Source of the DNA: an uncultured archaeon
GTDB taxonomy: Archaea; Iainarchaeota; Iainarchaeia; Iainarchaeales; JAAZKV01
NCBI GenBank assembly: GCA_964551375.1
Contig: CAZKBG010000001.1
Location: 300,001-332,000 of the forward strand
Direction: 5' to 3'
DNA: 32,000 bases
Part shown: piece after piece, positions 1-8,720 of the stretch
Position numbering within the stretch: the stretch's first letter is position 1
How the letters are laid out: each line of letters opens with the position of its first letter
The notes under the pieces: generated by a model
What the model saw: the letters and a program-made list of their open reading frames with translations, nothing else
Databases searched by the model: none
Told to the model about the DNA's origin: nothing
Position numbers and translations under genes: made by a program

Positions 1-81
1 AGCGTTTTTCCGCAGAGCATAATTGTGCTTGGGAAAACAAATGAAAAAGAAATTGAGGCGCTAACAAATCTGCACAAGTAA
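1..81 (+). CDS. 3' end of an unidentified CDS, truncated by the window start
   Basis: Frame 1 is open from base 1 to TAA at 79-81: ...SVFPQSIIVLGKTNEKEIEALTNLHK. Confidence 0.45.
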   Translation, partial: SVFPQSIIVLGKTNEKEIEALTNLHK

Positions 82-117
82 GCGCTTACGCTTGCAAAAT
101 TAAAGGAAGTTGATTTT

Positions 118-411
118 ATGACAATCACTGAAAAGGAAATTATTGAAAAAGTTGAAAAATATGAAAAACTCACTACGAGAGGGTTAAAAGAAATCAAATT
201 CAAAAAAAATTTAAGCGAAATCGAAAAAGCAACTGCTGAAGATTTTCTTTCAATGGCAAAAAACTATTATAATGACGCAAAATATTTCAAAAAAGAAGGA
301 AAACTGCTCACTTCGCTTGCCGCTTTCTCATACGCCCACGCATGGCTTGATGCGGGAGTGAGAGCAAAAGTATTTATTGCAACTGACGACCAGCTATTTA
401 CTCTTCCTTAG
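118..411 (+). CDS. DUF357-family archaeal protein
   Basis: 97 aa ORF. The C-terminal LLTSLAAFSYAHAWLDAGVRAKVF resembles the conserved AxSYAxGWLDAGxR region of DUF357 proteins. Confidence 0.8.
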   Translation: MTITEKEIIEKVEKYEKLTTRGLKEIKFKKNLSEIEKATAEDFLSMAKNYYNDAKYFKKEGKLLTSLAAFSYAHAWLDAGVRAKVFIATDDQLFTLP

Positions 412-482
412 ATTATGGCTCTAATTAACTAATTGGCTTCTGATAAAGCAAGCTTTAAATAGAGCTACTTCATAATCTTAGC

Positions 483-995
483 ATGTCGCTTTACGGACCA
501 AAAATCAGAATGCCAAAAGTTGATATGCCTAACCCCGGCAATCCTTCATGGAATCTTGAAAAGGAGAAAAAAATCGCAATTTTTATTGCCGCGGCAATAA
601 TAATTGTAATAATTGCAGTATTTGCAGTTCCTTACCTTCTTAACGGCGCTTCAGGAATTATTGGAAACATTGGGGAAGCAAACGGAGTAAGTTTGAGCTG
701 GAATAATAACCCCCTTGATTTAAAGAAAAACCCAACTGAATATGCGACTCTTACTATTGAGTTTACTAATACTGGAAAATTTGAAAAAACAATTAATTTT
801 GAAATAATGAACCCTTACCCTGAGCTTTTGGATGTATGCAGCGCGGATAAACTTGAAACAATGCTCCCCGGAGATAAAAGAACTGTAAACTGCTTATTTA
901 GAAGAAACGGCGAAATCTTCACTGGAACTTATTCAATTGAAGTTGCTTCAAATGTTGGAAATGCAAAGACAAAGCTTGAAATAATTGCGAAGTAA
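483..995 (+). CDS. Hypothetical protein with one N-terminal transmembrane segment and an extracytoplasmic beta-rich domain
   Basis: 170 aa ORF with hydrophobic stretch KKIAIFIAAAIIIVIIAVFAVPYLL followed by an Ig/CARDB-like region. Confidence 0.65.
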   Translation: MSLYGPKIRMPKVDMPNPGNPSWNLEKEKKIAIFIAAAIIIVIIAVFAVPYLLNGASGIIGNIGEANGVSLSWNNNPLDLKKNPTEYATLTIEFTNTGKFEKTINFEIMNPYPELLDVCSADKLETMLPGDKRTVNCLFRRNGEIFTGTYSIEVASNVGNAKTKLEIIAK

Positions 996-1084
996 AAAAA
1001 TTAATCCATCCAATCAAAGCCGCTGCTACTCAAATTTTCACTAAATCGGAATATATTTAACCACAAGCGCGCTTTTGTTTTGAA

Positions 1085-1525
1085 ATGGTTAGCGCAACTG
1101 ATTATGACAGATACCTTGCAAATAAAGCAGCGGCGCTTATTAGGGAAAACTTCGCAGACAAAGGAGTGACAAATCTTTTAGTAGTAAAGTGGGGCGGAAA
1201 ATGGAGAAATAAACTCGGACATATCACCCCCTTAAAAAACAGCGAGTATGGCTCAATGATTGAAATTAACTCCTTAATGAAGTCACTTGATGTGCCTGAA
1301 TTTGTGCTTGAATATGTTTTGATGCATGAACTAACGCACTACTTTCAGGGATTTGGAAGCAACCATCAAAGAAAACACAAACACCCTCACAGAGGAGGGA
1401 TTGTGGAAAAAGAGCTTGCAAGGCACGGATGGGAAGAAATTACTGAAAAATCTGAAAAGTGGATTAAAGAAAACTGGCGAAATGTCCTTGTAAAAGAAGG
1501 CGCGATAAAAGAAAGAGCTCGCTAA
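1085..1525 (+). CDS. SprT/DUF45-like zinc metalloprotease
   Basis: 146 aa ORF with HELTHYFQG zincin motif and downstream histidines; A/T-rich TATA-like sequence (aatatattta) upstream. Confidence 0.7.
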   Translation: MVSATDYDRYLANKAAALIRENFADKGVTNLLVVKWGGKWRNKLGHITPLKNSEYGSMIEINSLMKSLDVPEFVLEYVLMHELTHYFQGFGSNHQRKHKHPHRGGIVEKELARHGWEEITEKSEKWIKENWRNVLVKEGAIKERAR

Positions 1526-1568
1526 ATGCAAAACTTCCTGCGCTTACAATTAACTGATTTAAAAAGAT

Positions 1569-3401
1569 TTAATGAACGGGCCTATATGTCTCTCCGCGCT
1601 TATATTTTTTCTCTTCATCAGCCTTTTCGCGAAGATAAGACAAGTACTCATGCTTATAATTTTGAACATGAAATAGCTTTCCAGTATCAAGGAATTTTGA
1701 AATATTCTCAAGGAAAACATTTGAGCCCATAACAGAAGGCATTGCAACAAAATCAACTCCTTCTTCATAAAAGTGCAAAGTGTCCGAGAAATAGTGCGCA
1801 AGCGCAAAGGTTGTCAAATTAGGAGCGTATGCTTTTGCATCATCAAGCATTTTCATAGAATTCTTCTTATCCATTATTGTGGAAACCAAAAGCTTTGCCT
1901 GCCTCAAGTCAAGCCTGTCCCAGATTGAATTTGATTCAGAAGTACCGTAAAAATAAGGCAACCCGTCAGCCACGCCCTGCTTTACAACTTCAGGGTCGTA
2001 ATCAATCACAATTACCTGGTGCCCCCTCATAAGCGCCTTAGCAAGCCCCCTTCCAACAGTCCCTCCTCCGATAATCACAACATGGTCCTTAAGCTGATGC
2101 TTGCTTGGAAGCGATTCAATCTCCTCGATTTTTCTTGTAAAATACTTCCGTCTAAGAGACTTAGGAAGACGCTCCGCCTCATCATAAAACAACTGCGCAA
2201 TCTTGCTGGAAGAATGAGTAAGATACGGAGTCACAATCATTGAAATTGCCGTAATCAAAATTATAAAAGAAAACAAATCAGGAGGAAGAACAGGCTGCCC
2301 CATAGCTGTAAGAGTTACTGCGCCAATTCCAGCTATTTCAAATCCAAACTCTGAAACCTGCCCAAGGCTTATTCCCACCCTTACGCCCATTTTGCTTCCA
2401 TAACCTGCAATCAATGTCATTGCAAATAAAATCAAAGGCTTTATAACGAAGATTAAAGCAACAATAATTGCCATCAAAATTACAGGAAGAGTGCCGAAAG
2501 TAAAACTCAACTGAGCGCCCAAAGACACAAAGAATATTATTAGGAAAAAATCACGTAGTGCCCTTACTCTTGAAAAAATTTCGGAGTTATAAGCGAGTGT
2601 GCTAAGCGAAAGTCCTCCAATAAATGCCCCGATTGGAGCCGGAATGTTAAGCACAAAACTAATTCCTATAAAAATAAATGCGGTAGCAATACTAACTACA
2701 TAGAAAAGCTCCTGCTCTTCAGAAGCTATTTCAAAAAGCTTTGGGAAAATAAACTTGTTTGCAATAAGCGCAAGCACAATTAGAAGAACGCTCTTAAGAA
2801 CAATAAACGCGACAAATTGAATTGAATGAATCTCGCCAATATTTGCCAGAAGCGGATAAAAGAAAACTATAACAAAATCCTGCAAAAGCAGTATTGACAC
2901 CATCAGCCGCCCGCTAAGCGTGTTTATCTCATTTTTGTCCGACAAAATTTTAACAACAACCATTGTTGAAGAAAATGCAACAATTATTCCTACAAAAAGC
3001 GCCTGCTCCACTGTCAAAAGCCCAAAAGGAACTGTAAGCAAAAAAGCAAGCCCAATAACAATAAGCACTTGAAGGACAGTCCCTGCAAGAATTGTTTTGC
3101 CGATATTTCTAAGCCTTTGAAGCGAAGTTTCAATTCCTATTGAAAATAACAAAAATGCAACCCCAAGCGTCGAAAGCAAAGTAATTTCTGGAGTGATTTC
3201 ATGAATCCCAATAAAAATCTGGCTCTCTCCAAGAGAAAAACTAATATTGCCAAGCACAAGCGGTCCGATTAAAACTCCCGCAATTATGTAAGTCAAAAGA
3301 GTAGGTTGTTTGAATTTTCTTAAAAGAACATTAACAATCGCAGCAGCAATCACAATTACAGCAATATGCGCAAAAAATGTCAGCGCAGTAAGTTCAGACA
3401 A
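1569..3401 (-). CDS. Kef/CPA2-type cation:proton antiporter with C-terminal TrkA-N (RCK) domain
   Basis: 610 aa, multiple TM segments, FLLFSIGIE.., C-terminal nucleotide-binding VVIIGGGTVGRGLAKAL. Confidence 0.92.
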   Translation of the reverse strand: MSELTALTFFAHIAVIVIAAAIVNVLLRKFKQPTLLTYIIAGVLIGPLVLGNISFSLGESQIFIGIHEITPEITLLSTLGVAFLLFSIGIETSLQRLRNIGKTILAGTVLQVLIVIGLAFLLTVPFGLLTVEQALFVGIIVAFSSTMVVVKILSDKNEINTLSGRLMVSILLLQDFVIVFFYPLLANIGEIHSIQFVAFIVLKSVLLIVLALIANKFIFPKLFEIASEEQELFYVVSIATAFIFIGISFVLNIPAPIGAFIGGLSLSTLAYNSEIFSRVRALRDFFLIIFFVSLGAQLSFTFGTLPVILMAIIVALIFVIKPLILFAMTLIAGYGSKMGVRVGISLGQVSEFGFEIAGIGAVTLTAMGQPVLPPDLFSFIILITAISMIVTPYLTHSSSKIAQLFYDEAERLPKSLRRKYFTRKIEEIESLPSKHQLKDHVVIIGGGTVGRGLAKALMRGHQVIVIDYDPEVVKQGVADGLPYFYGTSESNSIWDRLDLRQAKLLVSTIMDKKNSMKMLDDAKAYAPNLTTFALAHYFSDTLHFYEEGVDFVAMPSVMGSNVFLENISKFLDTGKLFHVQNYKHEYLSYLREKADEEKKYKRGETYRPVH

Positions 3402-3477
3402 TCAAATCAACCCGAGGCCAAAAACCTGAATAACTAACGTATTTTTGGTTTAAAATGTTTTCTAATGCATTTTTGGA

Positions 3478-4899
3478 TTAGTTTTGAGCCTGTTTAGCTA
3501 AAATAGTGCCGTCTTTATTGTCAATTAGTTCAATTCCCTGTTTCTTCAATAAATTCCTTATTTCATCCGCTTTCTTCCAGTTTTTTGACTTCTTTGCATT
3601 TATTCTTTCTTCAATCAACTTCTTTTGCTCGTCAGTAAGCTCAAAATACTTTTCAGTAAAATCAAAAACGCCAAGAACAGAATCAACTTTTTTCAAAAAC
3701 TCAATCGCTTCATTTGCAGAATCCTTATCAATTTCCCCCAAGTCAATCAGCTTGTTAATCTGCTTTGCAAAATCAAAAACATGCATCATTGCCTGAGGAA
3801 CGTTTAAGTCGTTGTCCATGGAGTTAGTAAATCCTTCGGTTGCTTTATCAACAAATATTTTAATCGAAGAGCCTTTGATATACCCATTAATTGTCCGAAG
3901 CCTTTCAACAAGATTGTTTATCCCAAAAAGAGTTTTCTCAGCATCATGAACTGACTCAATTGTAAAATTTAGCGGCTGCCTATACTGGGAGTAAAGCAAA
4001 ACATACCTGATTGCTTTTGGGCTCAACCCCATTTTCAATAAATCCCTTAATGTATAAAAATTTCCAAGACTCTTGGACATTTTCATTCCATTAACCATTA
4101 AGTGGGCGCAGTGAAGCCAATAATTCACAAACTTTTTCCCGCTCGCAGCTTCGCTTTGGGCAATCTCATTCTCATGATGAGGAAATTTATTGTCAATTCC
4201 GCCGCAGTGAATATCAAAAGTATCTCCAAGGTTTTTAGCGCTCATCGCAGAGCATTCAATATGCCAGCCCGGCCTTCCTTTTCCTAAATCAGTTTCCCAA
4301 TAAGCAGGGCCGTCAGCCTCATCCCATGCTTTCCAAAGCGCAAAATCCCCCACGCCCTCTTTTTCATACTCATCCTGCTTTACTCTCGCCCCTGATTTTA
4401 GTTTCTTAGGATCAAGTCCTGCAAGTTTTCCATAATTCTTGAATTTTTTAATTGAATAATAAATGCAGCCGTCTTCGCCCTTATACGCAATTCCATGCTT
4501 CATTAATTTATGAATCAACTCAACCATTTCAGGAATATACTGCGTTGCTTCAGGATAGACATCCGCAGGAATAATATTTAATGCCTGCAAATCTTCCACA
4601 AAAGCTTTCTTGAAAGGAGCAGTGTACTCATAAATTGAAACTTTTTTCTCGTTTGCGTGCTTGATTATTTTATCCTCAACATCAGTGAAATTCATCACAT
4701 GCTTTACCTTAAATCCCTTGAAAATCAAGTAGCGCTTCAATAAATCTTCCCAAGTATAAGCTCGCATATTCCCGATATGCGCATAATTGTAAATAGTTGG
4801 CCCGCAAGTGTAAAGCCCCACATGCCCCGCTTTTATCGGCTTAAACTCTTCCAGCTTGTTTCCAAAAGAATTTAGGAACTTTAAACCCATACAAACCAC
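3478..4899 (-). CDS. cysS: Cysteinyl-tRNA synthetase
   Basis: 473 aa, GLYTCGPTIYNYAHIGNMR and KMSKSLGN signatures; GWHIECSAMS, HHENEIAQ. An alternative start is at the second Met (4890). Confidence 0.97.
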   Translation of the reverse strand: MVCMGLKFLNSFGNKLEEFKPIKAGHVGLYTCGPTIYNYAHIGNMRAYTWEDLLKRYLIFKGFKVKHVMNFTDVEDKIIKHANEKKVSIYEYTAPFKKAFVEDLQALNIIPADVYPEATQYIPEMVELIHKLMKHGIAYKGEDGCIYYSIKKFKNYGKLAGLDPKKLKSGARVKQDEYEKEGVGDFALWKAWDEADGPAYWETDLGKGRPGWHIECSAMSAKNLGDTFDIHCGGIDNKFPHHENEIAQSEAASGKKFVNYWLHCAHLMVNGMKMSKSLGNFYTLRDLLKMGLSPKAIRYVLLYSQYRQPLNFTIESVHDAEKTLFGINNLVERLRTINGYIKGSSIKIFVDKATEGFTNSMDNDLNVPQAMMHVFDFAKQINKLIDLGEIDKDSANEAIEFLKKVDSVLGVFDFTEKYFELTDEQKKLIEERINAKKSKNWKKADEIRNLLKKQGIELIDNKDGTILAKQAQN

Positions 4900-5099
4900 A
4901 AATATTAGTTTTAGAAATCTTTATCAGTCTATTCCTTGGCTAAATTTGATTTTAAACCCTTAAAAATAAGCCCCCAGCATCTTTTTTCAAAATGCCGTCC
5001 AGGGCCCGCAACTGATTCCATTGTCCTTTCAATTACATTCAATAAGCCAAGCACAATATAATATTTCTTTGAAGATTCATTTGAAATTGTTTCATTCAG

Positions 5100-5576
5100 T
5101 CAAAACGGCTTGGTTTTGTGAGTCTTAAGGTATGATATATACCGCCCAATAAACTCAGCAGTTCTTGTATGCCCTTCAGCCTGCCCCTTATTGTCAGCAA
5201 CTCTTAATGCATTACTTGCCGCCCTTTCAGAATCTCTTTTTCTTGCTTCGAGCCAGCTGATAAACTCGCGGGCGCTTTTTTGAGGGTCTTTTCCAAGTCT
5301 GGCCCGAAAATCAGCGCTAAATTGCTTTAATCTTCTTGCGTTTTCAGCATTATGCATCTCTTCCGTAAATGTAAGCGCATCGCGAAGAGCAGTGAATTTT
5401 GCAGCAACAGCTTTAGCTTTCATTTCGCTAGCAACTTTTGCCCTAACAACACGATTTGCCTCAATTCCTTTAGCATCAGAGCCAAAGTTAAACAGCATTT
5501 GCTTAGGCTTTCTTTTTTCATTGCCTTTCTTTTTCCCGCCGCCATTAGGCACATTAGGAGACATAAGTATATTCAT
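5100..5576 (-). CDS. Hypothetical basic, helical protein
   Basis: 158 aa ORF with coding-like composition; no family recognised. Confidence 0.6.
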   Translation of the reverse strand: MNILMSPNVPNGGGKKKGNEKRKPKQMLFNFGSDAKGIEANRVVRAKVASEMKAKAVAAKFTALRDALTFTEEMHNAENARRLKQFSADFRARLGKDPQKSAREFISWLEARKRDSERAASNALRVADNKGQAEGHTRTAEFIGRYISYLKTHKTKPF

Positions 5577-5641
5577 TATTTGAAATATTTAAAGTTGCCC
5601 TAAACTGAACAAAAATAGATTTTTGATTCAATTTGGCATTG

Positions 5642-5863
5642 CTAGTCAGAATCATAGTCTTCAGAAGCAGAATCACTGCCCTCTTCTTCCTCTTCATCTT
5701 CCATTTCAAGCTCTTTGCTTTCAATAAGCTTTAGATTTCCTTTCTTGTCAGCAACGATGGTGTATTCAAGATTGCATTCAGGGCAAGCCACTGCGTCCCC
5801 TTCTTCCATATCCACGACTTCAACGTCAAAACGCGCCTTACATTCAGAGCAAAGTTTCTTCAT
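5642..5863 (-). CDS. LysW-like small acidic zinc-ribbon protein
   Basis: 73 aa: two CxxC knuckles (LCSEC..., VACPEC...) and an acidic tail ELEMEDEEEEEGSDSASEDYDSD. It lacks the canonical C-terminal EDWGE. Confidence 0.65.
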   Translation of the reverse strand: MKKLCSECKARFDVEVVDMEEGDAVACPECNLEYTIVADKKGNLKLIESKELEMEDEEEEEGSDSASEDYDSD

Positions 5864-5978
5864 CCATCATCACAATTATTTTCCCCTCATTTTCCTTTAT
5901 AAATCTTACTTGTCTTTCAAATCAGCGATTAAGCAAGTTATATGCGGTTTATTAGGGGCTCGCTTAAAAAAAAGCGAA

Positions 5979-6542
5979 TTAAACAATTAGTTTTAGAAGA
6001 ATTCCTGAAATAAATGAGATAATCAAAGCATTCAGCACAAGCACTATAATCCAGTTAATAAATAACGAAGCGCCTTTTTTTGAAGTAACAACTTTAAGCA
6101 TCTTAAATGAAGCAACAAGCCATCCGATTAATAGAATAACAAAAATTACTCCAAAAATTATCAATACCGCTAAGAACGCCAAGTTAGGAAGAAAAGGCAT
6201 TATAAGAATTAAAATAAGCATCAGAACTGAAGAAAGCAAATTAATCTGCCAAAGCTTTGAAGTCACCGAAGCGCTCTCGGAGAATGAAACATATTCAGAA
6301 CCCTTTTTCTTTCTTGTATGAGCAACGCTGAAAAACCAAACTAAAACAGCTAAAACAAGCCACTGAACAAAATTAAGAACCAAGAAAAATGCGGCAATAA
6401 TAGGCTCCTTTGTAAGAAGATACGATGAAACTGCAAAAAAGATTGCAGCAATTATGGCAACTAAAAAAGCAGCTCCTCCGCTTGGATGAGCAAGTGTTTC
6501 TTCAAACGCCTTTGTGGGGCTAAAAACCACGCTTAGAACCAT
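5979..6542 (-). CDS. YIP1-family-like membrane protein
   Basis: 187 aa, about 5 hydrophobic segments; N-terminal VVFSPTKAFEETLAHP resembles the YIP1 P-x-x-xF opening. Confidence 0.6.
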   Translation of the reverse strand: MVLSVVFSPTKAFEETLAHPSGGAAFLVAIIAAIFFAVSSYLLTKEPIIAAFFLVLNFVQWLVLAVLVWFFSVAHTRKKKGSEYVSFSESASVTSKLWQINLLSSVLMLILILIMPFLPNLAFLAVLIIFGVIFVILLIGWLVASFKMLKVVTSKKGASLFINWIIVLVLNALIISFISGILLKLIV

Positions 6543-6570
6543 GAAACCACTAACTATTAACTAAATTCAA

Positions 6571-6580
6571 ATATATAAAG
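6571..6580 (-). promoter_or_regulatory. Candidate archaeal TATA box for the YIP1-like gene
   Basis: Minus strand CTTTATATAT, about 30-40 nt upstream of the start codon at 6542. Confidence 0.45.
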
Positions 6581-6685
6581 TTACTCTCTTAAATCCAAAA
6601 ACAATAACTTACAGTAACTTCGACTTTTTTTTATAACATCCCCGCACTTGCTTCTTGCCTGCTTTAATCCACCAGCCGCCCATTG

Positions 6686-7204
6686 CTAAAGTTCTTTTTT
6701 CATTAAAACATTATCCACTGATTTTTTGGAAACTATTGAAGCATTTTTCAAAAGCCCGTACTTTTCAAACCCAAGCTTTTTGTAAAGCTTAATTGCGGCA
6801 AGATTATTCTTATCCACTTCAAGAATCAAAAGGCTCCTGTTTTTTGAAAGCTCATTTATTACAAACTTCATTAATTTTGTTCCGATTCCTTTTCTTCTCA
6901 TTGAACTGTTTACAACAAGGGACAAAATCTGCGCCCTGTGCTTGTGAATGCTTTTGCCAAGCACCACCCTGACGTGAGCAACAACTTTCCCGTTAGAAAT
7001 TGCAACATATCTATGGTCTTTTTTCCGCCTTGTAGCTGCAAGTTTTTTTTGAACAGAAGCGCGCTTCCAGTGAGGAAACAGAGAATGAACTTCATTAATC
7101 AAGTTGAGCGAAGAATCCTTCAGCTCAATAAACTCAAGAGTGGGCATTTCTTGCCGCCTCATCTTTTTCATCTTCAATTCTAAATCTTTTTCTCTCGCTT
7201 GCAT
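6686..7204 (-). CDS. GNAT-family N-acetyltransferase (RimI-like)
   Basis: ILSLVVNSSMRRKGIGTKLMKFV (acetyl-CoA binding motif) and LEVDKNNLAAIKLYKKLGFEKYG. The true start is possibly an internal Met. Confidence 0.88.
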   Translation of the reverse strand: MQAREKDLELKMKKMRRQEMPTLEFIELKDSSLNLINEVHSLFPHWKRASVQKKLAATRRKKDHRYVAISNGKVVAHVRVVLGKSIHKHRAQILSLVVNSSMRRKGIGTKLMKFVINELSKNRSLLILEVDKNNLAAIKLYKKLGFEKYGLLKNASIVSKKSVDNVLMKKEL

Positions 7205-7583
7205 CCTTTGAATCCTTCACCTTATTAGTCATGTGAGTTCTTGAAACATCAATAATAAAATTATTATGAATAATATCTCTTCCGATGATTATTGGATAAG
7301 GCAAACCTTCCCTGTCTTCAATATTAACTCCGGTCTTTATTTTTTTTCCTTTAACTAGAATAGTTGCCTGAGCAATTGCCCTTCTTGTATAACCTCTTGG
7401 CGAACTTGCGCTCTTTACTTTCACGCTTGAAAAAATAGGCCCGATTCCCGCTTTTGCGGCAAGCTTAACATCAAGACAAGTTCTTGTGGCGCCTGTATCA
7501 AACAAAGCCTTTTTGCTCACAAGCCCTTTTTTTCCTTTTATTCCAACAGTTTCAACAAGACCTATTATTCTTTTTTTAGCCAT
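7134..7583 (-). CDS. RimK-associated retropepsin-like aspartyl protease (family annotated as ATP-dependent zinc protease, PF05618/COG4067)
   Basis: 149 aa: IIGLVETVGI...KKALFDTGATRTCLD, IIIGRDIIHNNFIIDV. Its 3' end overlaps the annotated GNAT start. Confidence 0.8.
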   Translation of the reverse strand: MAKKRIIGLVETVGIKGKKGLVSKKALFDTGATRTCLDVKLAAKAGIGPIFSSVKVKSASSPRGYTRRAIAQATILVKGKKIKTGVNIEDREGLPYPIIIGRDIIHNNFIIDVSRTHMTNKVKDSKDASERKRFRIEDEKDEAARNAHS

Positions 7584-7802
7584 TAAATCACTTGCACTTT
7601 TTTCTAATCTCTTAGATGATAGGGAAACTGCATTATTAACCCTTTTGGTGAAAGAAAAACCTCTAAAAAAATCGCTGATTTAAACTCAACAAAACGAGCA
7701 CTCTTTGGGGAAAGCCTTTTATAGGATTGGATATATTATGAGCGTGTTAGAGAAGCCGTTTTTTGCGCGCAAATAACTCCAAAAACAAAGGAAAAGAAAG
7801 GT

Positions 7803-8720
7803 ATGAACATTCTTATTATTGCAGAAAAAAGAACGCAAGTTAAGCCGTACATTGACTCGCTCACTGAAAGAGGACAGAGCCCAAAATACATAAGGGTTTC
7901 AAAAATAACTCTTGTAAGCAAGCAGAATGAAACTTTAATCAAATCTCTTGGAGAAGAAGTTGAAGCATATGACGCGGTGTTTATCCAGACACGCACCTCG
8001 CTTGCTCCATTCATTGAACCCCTTCTTGAAGAGCTTGAAGCGATTAATTCTTACACAAGCATAAAAAAAGGCTCATACTTTACTGGATGGAACGAGCCAT
8101 ACCAGTTTGTAACTCTTGCTCTTGCAAGCGTTCCCACTCCAAAGACAATAACAACCGCAAGCGTGAAAAATATTGAGCAACTTTCAAAGAAAATATCCTA
8201 CCCTATTTTGATTAACACTTACATTGGAAAGAAAAACCAGCAGACGCTTGTGATTAACAGCAACAGAGAGCTTAACGGATTTGTAAAAAGCATAAAAACA
8301 GAAATTGACGGATTCATGATAAGAGAATTTATTGAAGGAAATGTAATCTCAAGCATAATTGTCGGAAAAAAGACTTTTTCTGTAAAGCGAAACTATAACG
8401 GAGAAGAAGTCGAGCCGATAAAAAGCGGAAAATATTACACAATGACAGAAAGCGAAAATGAAACCGCAATAAAGGCAGCAGCCGCATGCGGGTACGACAT
8501 TGCAAGAGTGGACATGATAAAGGGAAAAGTAATCAAAGTAACTCCAATGTTTTCAATTGAAGATTTTAACAATATCTGCTCGGTAAAAATTGAAGACTCT
8601 GTTGCGGACTTTTTAATCGAGATGGCAAAAAAGCACGAAAACAAAGTGCTTGCGCCTTACGACTTTTTGGGGCTAAAGAAACTCTTAGGAAAAACAATAC
8701 TAAAGGGGCTGTTAAAATGA
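7803..8720 (+). CDS. RimK-like ATP-grasp protein, apparently with degenerate active site
   Basis: 305 aa with a RimK-like fold order, but the lysine/glycine-rich loop and the terminal ExN are replaced (LINTYIGKKNQQTL; KVIKVTPMFSIEDF). Confidence 0.65.
   Translation: MNILIIAEKRTQVKPYIDSLTERGQSPKYIRVSKITLVSKQNETLIKSLGEEVEAYDAVFIQTRTSLAPFIEPLLEELEAINSYTSIKKGSYFTGWNEPYQFVTLALASVPTPKTITTASVKNIEQLSKKISYPILINTYIGKKNQQTLVINSNRELNGFVKSIKTEIDGFMIREFIEGNVISSIIVGKKTFSVKRNYNGEEVEPIKSGKYYTMTESENETAIKAAAACGYDIARVDMIKGKVIKVTPMFSIEDFNNICSVKIEDSVADFLIEMAKKHENKVLAPYDFLGLKKLLGKTILKGLLK

Noticed and set aside
5100-5102. Claiming selenocysteine insertion at the in-frame TGA
   Set aside because: No SECIS element or Cys-aligned homolog can be shown from the sequence; kept only as an unexplained open continuation.
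5642-5863. Treating this as a canonical LysW with a complete AAA/LysW lysine pathway together with the DapA at 21228
   Set aside because: DapA belongs to the diaminopimelate route and no LysX/Y/Z genes are visible; the C-terminal EDWGE is missing.
7736-8014. 92-aa minus-strand ORF between the divergent clusters
   Set aside because: It overlaps the 5' end of the well-supported ATP-grasp gene starting at 7803 and has no recognisable motif.
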